A stretch of DNA of 63,798 bases, filler included, from Collodictyon triciliatum (Eukaryota): the NCBI GenBank assembly GCA_043381765.1. It is 5 parts of 5 records of this genome, joined end to end, with 100 filler letters (N's around TTAATTAATTAA, not from the genome) between each part and the next. Parts side by side here need not be neighbours in the genome. Positions count along the whole stretch, not along the records: positions 17,073 to 47,789 come from JBHJMP010000037.1; 4 more parts are not named here. One strand, given 5' to 3'. Made by a program: the position numbers and the translations under genes. Below, one piece after another: positions 29,826 through 45,862 of the stretch. The number at the start of each line of letters is the position of its first letter. Position 1 is the stretch's first letter. Under the pieces are notes generated by a model. That model was not told the DNA's origin. It saw nothing but the letters and a program-made list of their open reading frames with translations, and made no database searches.

Positions 29826-30194
29826 CTATCTAAATGAATGTTCTATTTCATAATTTGTGGTGGGTTTTTTATTTTGGCCAATTAACAAAAAGATCGTTCC
29901 TAGGATAGAGATCAGTCGATAGGAATGAAAAAGACGTATATTTTCATCATTTTTTCTGAAACATTATTTAAATCGAAAGATGGATTTTGTAGAAAAAAAC
30001 GCACATAATAGGAATTGTTTTATGTTTTTTATGTTTTTTATGTTNNNNNNNNNNNNNNNNNNNNNNNNNNNNNNNNNNNNNNNNNNNNNNNNNNNNNNNN
30101 NNNNNNNNNNNNNNNNNNGTTTTTTATGTTTTTTTATGTTTTTTTATGTTTTTTGGTTGCCTCAGAAGCAACACTTACTAGCAAGTCTGCCCAG

Positions 30195-33363
<3,169 letters not shown>

Positions 33364-33784
33364 CAAACTTGCTGATTCAAAAATAATAAACATTTTATCC
33401 CAATTTATTGATAAAAAAAAATTAAAAATTAAATGGAAGAGTTTTTATCACCTCAATTAACCAGGTGGTCTGCATAATACAGCTTTTCANNNNNNNNNNN
33501 NNNNNNNNNNNNNNNNNNNNNNNNNNNNNNNNNNNNNNNNNNNNNNNNNNNNNNNNNNNNNNNNNNNNNNNNNNNNNNNNNNNNNNNNNNNNNNNNNNNN
33601 NNNNNNNNNNNNNNNNNNNNNNNNNNNNNNNNNNNNNNNNNNNNNNNNNNNNNNNNNNNNNNNNNNNNNNNNNNNNNNNNNNNNNNNNNNNNNNNNNNNN
33701 NNNNNNNNNNNNNNNNNNNNNNNNNNNNNNNNNNNNNNNNNNNNNNNNNNNNNNNNNNNNNNNNNNNNNNNNNNNNNNNNNNNN

Positions 33785-35239
33785 GATATGGAATTCGTGT
33801 GACAGTCTGCAACATAGAACCGGTCGTGCTGCCCAAACGCCACGCCCCACGGCCTTTCATGGCGAATACTCTTCAACTTGACTCCGCTGGCAGAATAGAA
33901 GCGTATCTCGTTGTCCCCCGGAGAGCTGACTACAAAGCCGCCTAAGCTCCCTGCGCTCAGCAGGTTCCAGTTTGACGTTTTGTCCACGGGACATGTCCGC
34001 AGCAGACTTCCACCCCTTTCGAAAAACTTGACCTCGTCCCCGGCAAAAGCCATGATAGCAATCTCGTCGTTGGGCATGACTGCCATGCCGGACAGCGTGC
34101 TCGGCCCAAAGTATCGGTAGTTGTTGTCGATGACGTTCTTCACAAAGCGCCCGGCCGGGTCGTAGACCTTCAGCGTCCTGTCCTCGGACAAACACACGTA
34201 AAGATAGCCTCGGCTGTCGTAGTGGATGAACGCATTCCCGACGCAGTTTTCGTCTGTGGACGAGCGGCTTCTCAGGCTCCCGCTCTGGCTTCCTGGGGCG
34301 GAGGCCGCATTCTTTTTGACGTGGATCACGTCGAGGGATTCCTTCAGGTCAGGGTCGAAGACTTGGATCACCCCGGCTGCCTGGTCGTACATGGCCACCT
34401 TCTTGCCCGTCGGGTGGATTGCTATCCCAAAGGGGCTCTGGAACTGGCCGATGGCGTTGCCCAGAGACCCGAAACTCTGGCATACACTCAAGTCTGCGTC
34501 GTAGACCAGAACTCTGTGATTGGACTCATCCGCAACAAAGACGCGGCCGTTTTTTGGATGCACCGATATCTGTCTGGGGTTACTCAGTTGTGTGTTGCCT
34601 TTTGGCGTGGGCGGCACAAAAGTCTTTTGAATCCCAGATATGTCCTTTTGCACGTTGCGTGTTGAGCTCCGGATCTTTGGCAGAGAGCTGATCTCCGACT
34701 CGCTTCCGTAGAGGTGCGGGAATGAGTTGGATAAGGGAAGCAAATACTGCAACGGGTCTGAAGCAGTCATTATCTCTGGCGGGTGGGTAAGTGCGGCAGT
34801 GGACTCCTTGAGTTTGTCGAAGCCTGCCATGTTTATTGAAAAGGTAATATCTGAGGGGTTGGGAAAAATAGAGAGGTTGAACTTGGCCTTGCTTGCACAA
34901 GGCCGTGTGATGGCCGAAATCAGCTTTTGTCGGCTGGTGACCAGCTTTGAAATGGGGGAGTTGGTCTGGGACAAAGCCTTGGCGTTCTCGTGGACTTGTA
35001 AAGCATGATCAATAATCTTGCTGGATATTTCAATATCATGCATATACCGGAAGGCTTCGATGTTTTCGTGCTCAAACCTTGTGTTTATCTATGCGGTAGA
35101 TGCCGTTACAAACATACATGGTTAGATTATGAATGAAGCGAAAGATATAGTGTCTTTTATTTTTTCTTCCAGCTTATTTTCATGTCATCCTGCATAAATA
35201 CATATTTGTGTCACCGTAAGAAAAAAAATCATGTGCCTC

Positions 35240-35270
<31 letters not shown>

Positions 35271-36726
35271 GTAATGTATAAAAAACGGATGCCAAAACAA
35301 GACATTTACCGCGGCATGAATAAATTAACTCATTTCCTCGATATATGTTCATATTTTCTCTTGATATTAGGGTGTAATCGATGCACATACTGTTTCAATA
35401 ATATCTTTTTCAGTGCGGTCAAGCTGATTCCTGAGTTGAGAAAAACACTCACGAACAGTGTCTTCAAATTGTTCGATGTATTGCACAGCCTGAGGATTGA
35501 GAGAATACAATATTAAATTTACATAATAAAGTGGCTGCCTTCTCTCCTTCATTTTTCCATTTGTAAAGTCTTTGCCGATAATTTCGAATGAAAACAAATA
35601 TTGGAAGAGGGCTGAGGAATATTGTGTAGACAAACATGAATTTGAAGAACCTACAAATTAATCGAGTATAATCTAAAATTAAGAAGAAAAAAAAAACCTT
35701 TTGGAATTCACTCTCTAGGTTGGATGCCACCTTTTTTAACAAGTCCGATTTTTTTCTTGCATACTCTGCAATTGTGTCAGCTTCTGACAATAAGTGCTCT
35801 TGGGAGTGGGGAAGTTGAATTTCCGTCATGTTATGAGCGTGCTCAGGGGTTTTAATCTTGTGAATCGCTAAGCAAACAGTACAAAGAGGTGCTACTGGTT
35901 GGCAATTCTTACAAATACTTGAAAAGACCTTATTGTGCATTTTGCATTTATCTGGCTCTATGGCAGGTGGCACGCGCTTTTGTAATGTAGATAGTTCTAC
36001 TTTGGTAATTTCTCTAGTGGATAACCGATGATTAAAAATATGTCTTAGATACGCCATCATCATCAAAAGATTTATATGGATGAATCGATGGTGCTGATTT
36101 TGAAAAGACTTTATCAATAAAAGAGAGGGAGAGGGAGAGGGAGAATAAGAATGAGAGTAGTTTCAAACATCTACCATCCTATTGATGCTTAAAATCATTT
36201 CTTTCTTTCTTTTTTTTTCCATGATATTTTACCGTATCTTGTGCTTGGCGAAAGCGGACTTTCTCGTTCCTTGGTGGGCTGCAGCACACTCAGCACATAA
36301 ATAGCCACACTTTGTGCATGTGTGAGATGGTTTTGAATGTGCCTGTGGAGACGAAGCGGAATTGCAGCACTCAAAGATTTGGTTTCCCTCTGCCATTTCA
36401 TTGAGGAAGACGGACCACTTTTTCGCCAACTCTGCGTGGTAATTCTCGGGTAGAACTCCGTTGCTTTGGGGGAGGGTTTGGGGCTGCTCTGTCGGCCGAG
36501 AACTCGTATGGGTGTGTTGGTTTGCAGGATCTGCCAAAGACACCGGCTTTGTGGCTTGGTTCACAGACTTCTGGAGACAGATGGGACAGGCTTCTCCCCG
36601 CTTCAGCTTGGCGCAGTCTTGTTGGTATGCCCCAAGGCAAACCTCGCACACGCCGTGGCCGCACGTGAATGTTTTAGATTGCTGCATGAGCTGGTCGCAT
36701 AATGGGCAACGTGCCTCTTGCTCCAT
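33785..36726 (-). CDS. TRIM-NHL-like protein: RING, two B-boxes, coiled coil, NHL beta-propeller; 3' end in an N gap
   Basis: RING CPLC..CGHGVCEVC..CPIC and B-box-like CTKCGYLCAECAAAH..H in exon 36726-36233. B-box CKMH..CKNC..LCTVC..H..H in 36013-35698. Helical exon ~35490-35391. NHL repeats (LSNPRQISV..GRVFVADESNHRVLVYD; FGSLGNAIGQFQSPFGIAI; PWGVAF..FYVAD) in 35088-33785. Confidence 0.88.
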
Positions 36727-36976
36727 CCTTGTGAGACGTCGGCTAGTTGTGAGTGGTGTTAAAGAGCCGGAAAAGGCTTATGGCGCAATTTGTTTTCTCT
36801 TCACGTACTTTCTTGGGCCTGGAGTTCGTAATATAAATGAAAGGAACAAAAACAAAGTAAAAAGCAGAAGAAAGGAGGGAATATTATGCACTTCTCAACA
36901 TTATTCGTTATGTAATATTGGTGTGTTATTATTCCAGTCTCATGTATTTCTCTTTCCATTCCCACTCTTTTCTCAC

Positions 36977-37037
<61 letters not shown>

Positions 37038-37389
37038 ATATTCGATTTTAGATTTTTGGTTCCTTTTTTCTGTTTTCTATTTTCCTTATTGTTCTTTTTC
37101 GATTCAAAACTCCTCCTACAACAAATAAAGGAGAGAAAGTGATTTTTTTTCTTTCATTTCTTCTTTTCTTTTTCTATTTCTTAAGATGATAAGTAGCAGG
37201 TTAGTCGCGTAACGCACCAGTGGGCGGGCAAACAAATCCTGCCACCATTCTGAGCAAATGGCCTCTGTGTGGAGCGATTGCAGACATCACACACAAACAC
37301 AACTTTAGGATTGATCAAAGAACCAAAAAAGGATTCTAATCGTGTTTTGTGTAATTATATTGTTATACTTCTTCTCTAGTAGTAAGAAA

Positions 37390-37463
37390 GGTTCTGTGGT
37401 GTAGTTGGTTATCACGTGCGCCTCACATGCGCAAGGTCCCCGGTTCGAGCCCGGGCAGGACCA
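37390..37463 (+). tRNA. tRNA-Val (anticodon CAC)
   Basis: Acceptor stem GGTTCTG/CAGGACC, D arm with A-box, anticodon stem TGCGC/GCGCA with loop CTCACAT, T arm CCCGG-TTCGAGC-CCGGG, discriminator A, followed by a TTTT Pol III terminator. Confidence 0.96.
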
Positions 37464-37955
37464 TTTTGCCCCAGCCCAGTTCTTTTTATTTCGGGTGTAT
37501 CGCGGACGGGCGTTTATATTTTCTTTTTCTTGAAGCAGTCGCAATTGTGTGGTTGCAGGCACAGCAGAAACCAGCCAAACGGCAAACGGCTTTCATATCC
37601 CCACATTCAGTGATGCGATTCGGCCCAATGGATGCACCAAAAATTAATATCCACAAATAGAATTTCCTGAGGCGGCCATCTGGTTAGATATAAGACGCTA
37701 TCGGATTCTAGATTTTTCTGCAGCTGGAGCAAGAGAATGGCGATTAATCTGATTCTTGTAGCGATGAAAAAAAAAAAATAATTCTACTATGATTATAACC
37801 AATAATACTCGCAAAATAATAATGATGACAATGCTGCTGATGATGATTATGATTATGATTATGATAATAATAATCACGAAAGGATATCTCTTGTTCCTAC
37901 TTGGTAGAAAACAAACGCATCGTAGGAGAGGCGCCGCAAAAATCAGAAGTTTAGG

Positions 37956-39303
37956 ATGGATGGTTTGCATGAGAAACCCTTTGTCCTTGTTCTGTCTCAA
38001 CTGGGCAGCCATCCTCTCACTACGGAGCTGGCAAAGACGTTTAGAATCAAAGGTTTGTTGCATAAAATGTCTACCCGTGTGGGTAGCATATTTATATCTG
38101 CTGTGGCATCATGATGTATTTTTTTTTTAAAAAAAAAAGCGAATATATTTAACTGGATTTTGTTTTGTTTGTTTTGTTTTGTTTCCTTGGAAAATATCAT
38201 CATCACCTTGTAGCGATGCAACCCCGGGACGACTCAACACCGGTGGGTCAGATTGCTACAATAAAATTCATCATAATTATTATAATTGAATTTTACTGTT
38301 TTTTTTTTCCCTTTATTCGATTCAAAGAATTGAATTTTACTGTTATCATTCCATCAATTGTAATTCAGGCTCAACCATAACATCAGGGTTACATATTCAG
38401 TGCGTTTCAAACATCGTTTGAGGTGGTGGAGTTGTCAAAAAGGATTGATTACGGAGCAGGCTATGAGAAGGTGGTTGAGCGAATATCGTGCCTGTATGAG
38501 AAGTTTAATCGCCTCTTTGTGATGGTGGTATTGAGATCTTCGCCCCAGCAAATTCAGGGGGATGCACACTCTGTCCATGAAATACAGATGGGGTAAATAG
38601 CGAATACGCTTTACTTTTGCGATATCATCTTTATCACCACCATTGCGTGTGAATGAAAATAAGCAAACAATTTTGGTGATGACTTCGCGTTTGGCACAAT
38701 ATTCTTTTTGACCTCCTTTTTAAACGGAAAACATATATATAATCCGGCACTTAAGGTTGAGAAGCATCCACGCAAAAGTCTGTCTCTGTTTTGACATGAA
38801 TGGATGCGCAGAAACTATACGAAAGATTGTATCTACCAGGAATAAAGAAATGCTACAGAGGATTCATCATTACAACCAGGAGGTTTTTTTCCTTTATTCG
38901 ATTCAAAGTGTACAACCAGGAGGTTAATTTTGTGTGGTATTTTGTTCTGAACCGTTTTTTGTTTTGTTTTGTTTTGTTGATGTTGATGATGTTGATGATG
39001 TTGTTGTGTTTTTGTCCTAAATTATTATATTTTACACTTTATTTTAAGATAAATATCTGCTTCATTTACCTTGTTTAGATTTTACTTAAGGAGAAGCTAC
39101 CTGGAGAACTTCAGATTCGTATTCTAACAAACATTCCACGGGTTGATGCAGACTTAGCCAAAAGACTTCTAGTTGAATACGGCTCAATAAGGCGGATATC
39201 CCAATTGAAGGCTGATGATTTCCTGGGATTTGGTCTGTCAAAACTGGTTGCTGATGCAATACTTGATTATTGGGAATGTGACTATCAAGTTGATGAGTCA
39301 TAA
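37956..39303 (+). CDS. ERCC1/XPF-fold inactive nuclease domain plus (HhH)2 domain protein (SPO16/PTD- or FAAP24-like)
   Basis: Not captured by the ORF track. Exons 37956-38051, 38214-38242, ~38387-38593, 38756-38882 and 39091-39303 splice in frame: ...TPGYIFSAFQTSFEVVEL...KVVERISCLYEKFNRLFVMVV...CAETIRKIV...IRILTNIPRVDADLAKRLLVEYGSIRRISQL...GLSKLVADAILDYW. Confidence 0.72.
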
Positions 39304-39612
39304 TAAATATGTTTTTTTAAAAAAAAAACTCATATAGAGGAGGGTGTACGTAGCACTGTTCAAAACACCCCAAAATATTGTATAACCCAAATAGAGAATA
39401 CGGGAAATTATGGAATATGATACTATAATACAATAGAACGACTGCGCGAGGTTTCCCTAGGTTTTCCGTGTGAATGTTTTTCTTTTGGTTTAATTTTATA
39501 ACTTTTATATAATTGACAATCTCTAAAGAACATAGTGTGCAAACCGAAATGTGAAAGGAGCAGCAAGAGGAAAAAGATAAGGAGAAAAGGAGAAGAAAGC
39601 CAGAACAAAAGC

Positions 39613-39645
<33 letters not shown>

Positions 39646-41000
39646 NNNNNNNNNNNNNNNNNNNNNNNNNNNNNNNNNNNNNNNNNNNNNNNNNNNNNNN
39701 NNNNNNNNNNNNNNNNNNNNNNNNNNNNNNNNNNNNNNNNNNNNNTATGTTTTATTTTATGTTTTATTTTATGTTTTATTTTATGTTTTATTTTATGTTT
39801 TATTTTATGTTTTATTTTATGTTTTATTTTATGTTTTATTTTATGTTTTATTTTATGATGTTTTATTTTATGTTTTTTGTGTTTTTTTCTGTTTTGTTCT
39901 CGGTTTTGTTCTTGTTTTAATATAAAAAATGGTGTCTTTACACCAAAGTTAAAAACCCACTGCGCCGTATGACTCTTGCTCCGGGTTGTAAGGTGGCGTG
40001 CTGGGTGGCGTAACAGACACCTCCATCTCTTCCTCTGGCATATGAGACATCCTTGAAGAATATCAAAAGAAGCTTTCAAAGAACAAAAATACTTTGAAGT
40101 TGGCTTCGCGTATTTACTCTGCGTAATATCAACTATTTTGATTTCGTTTTTTAATCAAAACAAGTATATTCTATATCCCAATACGGCACATGAATCGAAT
40201 TACTGAAAGAAAGAAAAAAAACTGTGGGAGAATCTTGTGTGTTGGTGCCTTTCACAACTCTTTCCAGAAAAGCAATGGCAACTTATTTTTCTAGTAATTA
40301 TCCTCGTGTTTTTTTTTTATATAATTATTAATATTATTATTAATGGCACCCTTGAGGAGCTTTTTCTGCAGTAATTCTCGGTTCGGCTCCTGCCGCCTCC
40401 CTCTCGTGGTTTTCATCACAGCCGCAAATCGTGGCCCTCTGTGGATCTGCAGAGCGACTTTGAAACAGGTGGCTTGGACGATTACATCCGTGAAGCTGCT
40501 GGAAATAGTAAAAGTTGAAAAAATCTATTTGTGGATATTATTTATATTTGCTAAATTGACGAATAATACTAAAATATTTTGTTAGTATTACGTACTAAAT
40601 TTCTCAAATCATGAATCGGTATCACAAATATTTTGCATAAATCGCATATTCTTCGAATATCCACACAGAAAGCGAATTCCCATTACTGGAACAGGATTTC
40701 ATTATGATTTTTTTATTGTGGCAAAAATGCGTGGGAATGTGTGTTGCAAACAGAGGGGTGAGTGTGTTGATACATTTTACTGGGCTGATCAATCAAACCT
40801 CAATGAAGCAGGCGTGAGTGCCGAAGCCGCAGTCTGCGCACGCCTTGGAGCTCTCCTTTTACCTTTCTTTCTTTTTCTTTCATTACTTGCTGGAAGAAAA
40901 CCTTCGTGCTGATAGGGAATCGACGCAATTTAAACCGTTCTTTTTCGCTCCCTAACCCAACCTTGTGACAGAGAAGGCGCCTCTGCAACGCGAGATAGCC

Positions 41001-42376
41001 ATGGGAAACTCAGGAAGCAAAGGAAACGCGAGCCGTGGAGGCCTGAAGATCATTTTGCTTGGTAATCATTATGTCAAACCATGTGCCATCTTTGGCCAAT
41101 TGAGATCTCCCCTTTCCTTTGAGATATTCATAGTCACTTGAGTTTTGTAAACCTTACCATTTATATACTTTGGCCAGCAGTCGGCAGACGAAATATTTTC
41201 TTTGACTTTTTTTTTTTTTACTGTCCATCTTTCACCATTTCTAATAGGAAAATATAATGAAAATTCAAAAAAAAAAAAAAACATTTCATGTAAAATATCA
41301 CAGGATTAGACGCCTCTGGAAAAACTAGTATCTTATATGGTTTGAAGATGGGAGAACAAGTAGTCACCATTCCCACAATAGGTCGCTTACTTAAAAAAAA
41401 CATACTCCAGATTTTATCTTATTTTTATCTGCGCCACCTCAATCTCTCATTTGATACCAAGTATTCTCAAGACTGAAGATGTATGTCTTTTTCAGATTAT
41501 ATTATGTATGAAAATAATAATAACAATAAGAATGATACGAAACAACCCTGCATCGATACATCTAGGTCCAAACATCGAAAATATCATGGTTGGGACCACA
41601 GAGTAAGACTTTGACCTCTTTTACTAGTATACTCGCGTTCTCCCTATGTGGCGGCAATGTTCAGGAGACATGAGTTTAAATGACGGAATCAAATCTTTGG
41701 TGTGAATACCATTTCAACATTTTATCATATAGCCTGCAATTCTGGGATGTTGGTGGCCAAGAGCGTCTTCGACCGCTCTGGAAGCAGTATTACTCAAACA
41801 TTAAGGCAGTTATCTATGTACTGGATGCCACAGACCGGAATCGATTGAATCTTGTTTATGTATACTTTTTTTTTTTAAAAAAAAAAGAAAAATCATAGCA
41901 ATTATATTACTATCAACTTCAACGAAACGTGTCGTTCATTTGCCAGCGATTTTTATATGGAATTAAATGTTTTATTCAAGTACCCCATACTCACAAGAAA
42001 CATACCATGTTAGGGAGAATTTGCCAAAATCTTGAATGAACAGAGCTTGCAAAATGTCCCCATTCTCATATTTGCAAACAAAAAAGATTTGCCTGGTGCA
42101 CTTACTGTAGCAGAGATAACAACTTATCTCAGACTGAACGAAATCAAGGGACGGAAATGGTCTTTATCCCAAGAAAAAATAATATGATGATAATTTTTTT
42201 TATTTCAAGCATGAATGATTTTTTGTTTTATAATTAGGGCCAATATTTATGGCCTCTGTTACTTCTATTTGAGTAATGCATCGATGTACAGGACAATTTT
42301 GCAATCTTGTGCGGTGAGTCAGGATGGGCTACAAGAAGGTGTCGACTGGGTTCGAAAAGCCATAGAAACACCCTAA
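41001..42376 (+). CDS. ARF/ARL-family small GTPase (6 exons)
   Basis: Myristoylation-type start MGNSGSK; G1 [16 protein letters not shown]3 [14 protein letters not shown]4 ANKKDL; G5 SCA; stop 42374-42376. Confidence 0.94.
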
Positions 42377-43240
42377 CAACCACTTTTGAGATATTGACAC
42401 TGACTGGAAAGAGAGAGAGAGAGAGAGAAAAAAAAAGAAAAAAAAAGGAGACTATTTAAAAACACACCACCATTATCACTGCAGTTTGTTCAACCGCAAA
42501 CAGATGACTTTATAATTCTTATGTCCATTCGCTTGGGTCAAAGACATCTTTTATTTTTGCATCTTTATCCTCACATCTCAGAGATGCCGCTGACCAACCG
42601 CGAGTCCGGTAAAGATGCTTATTTTCTCGCCTTATTGAATCACCGTGACCTTTCTGGCACTTATTCTCCCAACGAACCGCTCACCTTTCTCATAATTTTC
42701 CATGTTTTTTTCCCCCTTCTTCTTCACTCTCGCTGCGTTCTCCTTTTTTTTTTTTCTTTTGATGACATAATAAAGAGACATGGCGGTGTTTCTGTGTATC
42801 CCTCTCAACAAAATAAACAACACTGATTACCCTGAAACGTGTTCCGTTGGATTAATCTGGAACTGTAACGGCTTTCTTTTGCAGACAAAAACAAAACAAA
42901 CCTACTTGATCGGATGAAATCTACAAGGATGCAACTTCCCTGGAGAAGACGATCGCTTGCAAAAAGGCTGTAACAAAGAGCAGATAAAGAGACAGAAAAG
43001 ATTGGAGGGCCAAGAAGAGAAGCCAAACGGGTGGAGCAGAAGTTGCAGAAATATGCCATGTCCTTTTCATGCTCTTTTTCTCAATTTTTTTTTTATTATT
43101 TTTTGGAGCCGTGTTATGTTTTTGAAAACGCCGTCATTTTGTAGTTACCAGTCCGACCAGGGCACCAAAAACGCAGTTTTTCATAACACCAGACAGACAG
43201 AAAGAAAAAAAAACCCGTACGAAGAAGATAAGTCATAGTT

Positions 43241-45710
43241 ATGTCAGACGCAGGATCAGATGAAGAATTCCCTCCTCTCGGGGTAAGAAAAATGAGGCGA
43301 TGTGAAAGAGTGCCAGAGTCTCACCCCCCTCCCCCCTTTTCTTTTTTTTCTTTCCCTTCTGTTTATTCATGTAAATATAAAACAGTTTATGGAGCCCTTC
43401 TAGAGACTTTATGTTTTTCTCAAAGTTATTTTGCGGCCTCTGGGTTACTGCAACAACTAATTACCGTCTACAGACTTATGAAGGCGAACGCAACCGTATC
43501 AAGGAAAGGAATGGAGAGGGAGTTGCTGTTCTCCCCAACAAAGACAAATACAAAGGCCAATATCACCGTGGCAAGCGCTATGGGAAAGGAAAATACACAT
43601 ATGCAAACAAACTTGACGAATACGAAGTACGCACAACTCTTTTCCTATTTCTTTTTTTTTCTCTTACATTTTCCTCCATGCCATCCATGTATATAGAGAT
43701 ATGGGCCGTGGGTTTTTATGACTGAATATGAGATATGTTTCCTTATCAACCCTATTATCATATGTTTAAAGAATGTGTGCGTGTTTTGTATTAGGGAGAC
43801 TATGTTGTGAATCAAAAACACGGATACGGCGTCTTCCTCTACAAGGATGGAACCTCCTACCATGGTAATCAGTTATATGTATTTAGTTATACAAATGGCC
43901 TAATTATGTGTCTCGACAAATGGATAAATCTTTACCTGTGTGTAAATTTAAACTCACCCAAGTTCATGCATATCCACACACACAAAGGAATGTGGTCCAA
44001 CAACAAGTACAACGGACACGGAGTATACTTGTACATCAACAACGATTGGTATGCCGGACAGTGGAAGAACGGGATCAAAGAGGGAAAAGGTCTTTATCAT
44101 TATGCAGAGACTGGAATCCAGCTACGAGGAGACTGGGTGAATGGCCAGTTTATCAAGGGCGACTGGTTGTTTGCAGATGGGATGTATACAGGCGGCTTCA
44201 AAGATGGACAGCCAATAGGACAGGGAGTCTTTTACTACAAGAGCGGCGTTTGCCAACGAGGGTCCTTTGTAAAGAAAGGCAGGTCACGTGTGTGGGTGGT
44301 TGACTCGTATGACCGTATCAACCCTGATGATGTTGAGATAGGTGAACCATTTATATCTTCCCTTTCAGACTTCCTTGCTTTTTAAAGTAAAAGTAAGAGT
44401 AAGAGTGAAAATAAATAAATAAATGTATATCTGGATATAAATATAACGTGAATAACACTCATATTTAAACCGATGCTCAGCGACGGTGGAAAAAAAGACC
44501 GAGATACGAGACACATACATCAAGCTCTACACATCACCATTCTTTGACGAGGGCAAGAAGGAAACTGTCTACGCACTATTCCAGAAGTTAGGGGCATCAG
44601 ACGACGAGAAGCAAGTCTCGTACCTGGACCTTCTGGAGGAACTCACGACACTATGCGGAGACACATGGTCCATCCCGCCATCCTTCCTGCACGAGCTGCT
44701 CGACACCCTGCCATTGCTTCCACCGCCGCGCGACGAGTCGTCCATGGTGAGCTTCCGGGCCTTCTGGGACGCGACACAGAGCCGGCCGGGTGAGTTTGAG
44801 TCTGAGTTTGAGTTTGAGTTTTAGCTGTGAATTTCAAAGGATGAGAATGATGCCGAATATGACACTCACGCATCGCCACGGCATGTATACTTACCGAGAC
44901 CATCTTTCGGTGGGCACACCCACCTTGCAGATGTGGCGGAGACCATCCGGGAGCAAGTGTTCCGCGGAGAGCGGAGGGCGGAGACGCTGGGTGCGCTGGG
45001 GGCCGTGCCGCTGGACGAGGACGGGGCGATGGTGCTGGGGCAGGCGCTGGGCGTGCTGGTGGCGCTGGCGGGCGCGTGGGGCTTTGCGCCGCAGGCCGAG
45101 CAGGTCTGTGCACAGCTGCGCCTGGTGGAGCCCTTTGTGGACGTGGACCCGGCGTCCCACGATGCCGAGCCCGTGGCCCTGGACGAGCTGTGGCTGCGCC
45201 TGCAGGCCGTCCACGTGGATGTCACCCGCAGCGTCCGCGTCGGCGTCTTTGAGCCGGAGCCGGAGCCGGAGCCGCAGCCCGATGCAGCCGATGTGCCCAC
45301 GCGCTTTGTGCTGGACGCGGCACAGAAGGCGGCCCTTGCGGCGGTGGCGGACGAAGGCTCTGTGGGGCTGCCGGCGCTGCGCCAGGCCGTGGCCGAGCTG
45401 GTGAGTTCATGCCTATTTCGTCCCAGATATTGCCCGGATGATGATGATGATGATGATGATGATTATGTGTGCAGGGGGCCGAGTGGTTTGCGGAGGAGCC
45501 TGAGCGGCTGGCTGCGTTCCGGGCGTTTGTGGAGGCGCAGCCGTGGTTCGGGGCCAACGTGGACGAGGATGAGCGCGCAGCCACGAGCGTCCAGCTTGCA
45601 GAGGTGCTGGCGTCCTTTGGCGGCGAGGCCGATGGTGCGTGCATCGATACGCCCCACCAAGCGCACATCCTTTCGTGCTGCTGTGATATGATCCCACAAC
45701 AACATCAAAA

Positions 45711-45744
<34 letters not shown>

Positions 45745-45811
45745 AGGGGCAGCGGCAGCGGAGGAGAACGGCGGGGGAGAAGAGGACGAGGAGGCGGACG
45801 AGGACGCGTGA
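43241..45811 (+). CDS. RSPH1: RSPH1-like radial spoke head MORN-repeat protein with long C-terminal extension
   Basis: MSDAGSDEE...G/TYEGERN...ERNGEGVAVLPNKDKYKGQY..GKRYGKG; GHGVYLYINNDWYAGQW; GLYHYAETG. Continues through exons 44481-44790, 44931-45400, 45475-45634 and 45747-45811 (acidic tail, TGA). Confidence 0.82.
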
Positions 45812-45862
45812 CGAGAGACAGGGGAATAAACAGGCGACAGCAAGAGATGCGGTTGGGCGGGT

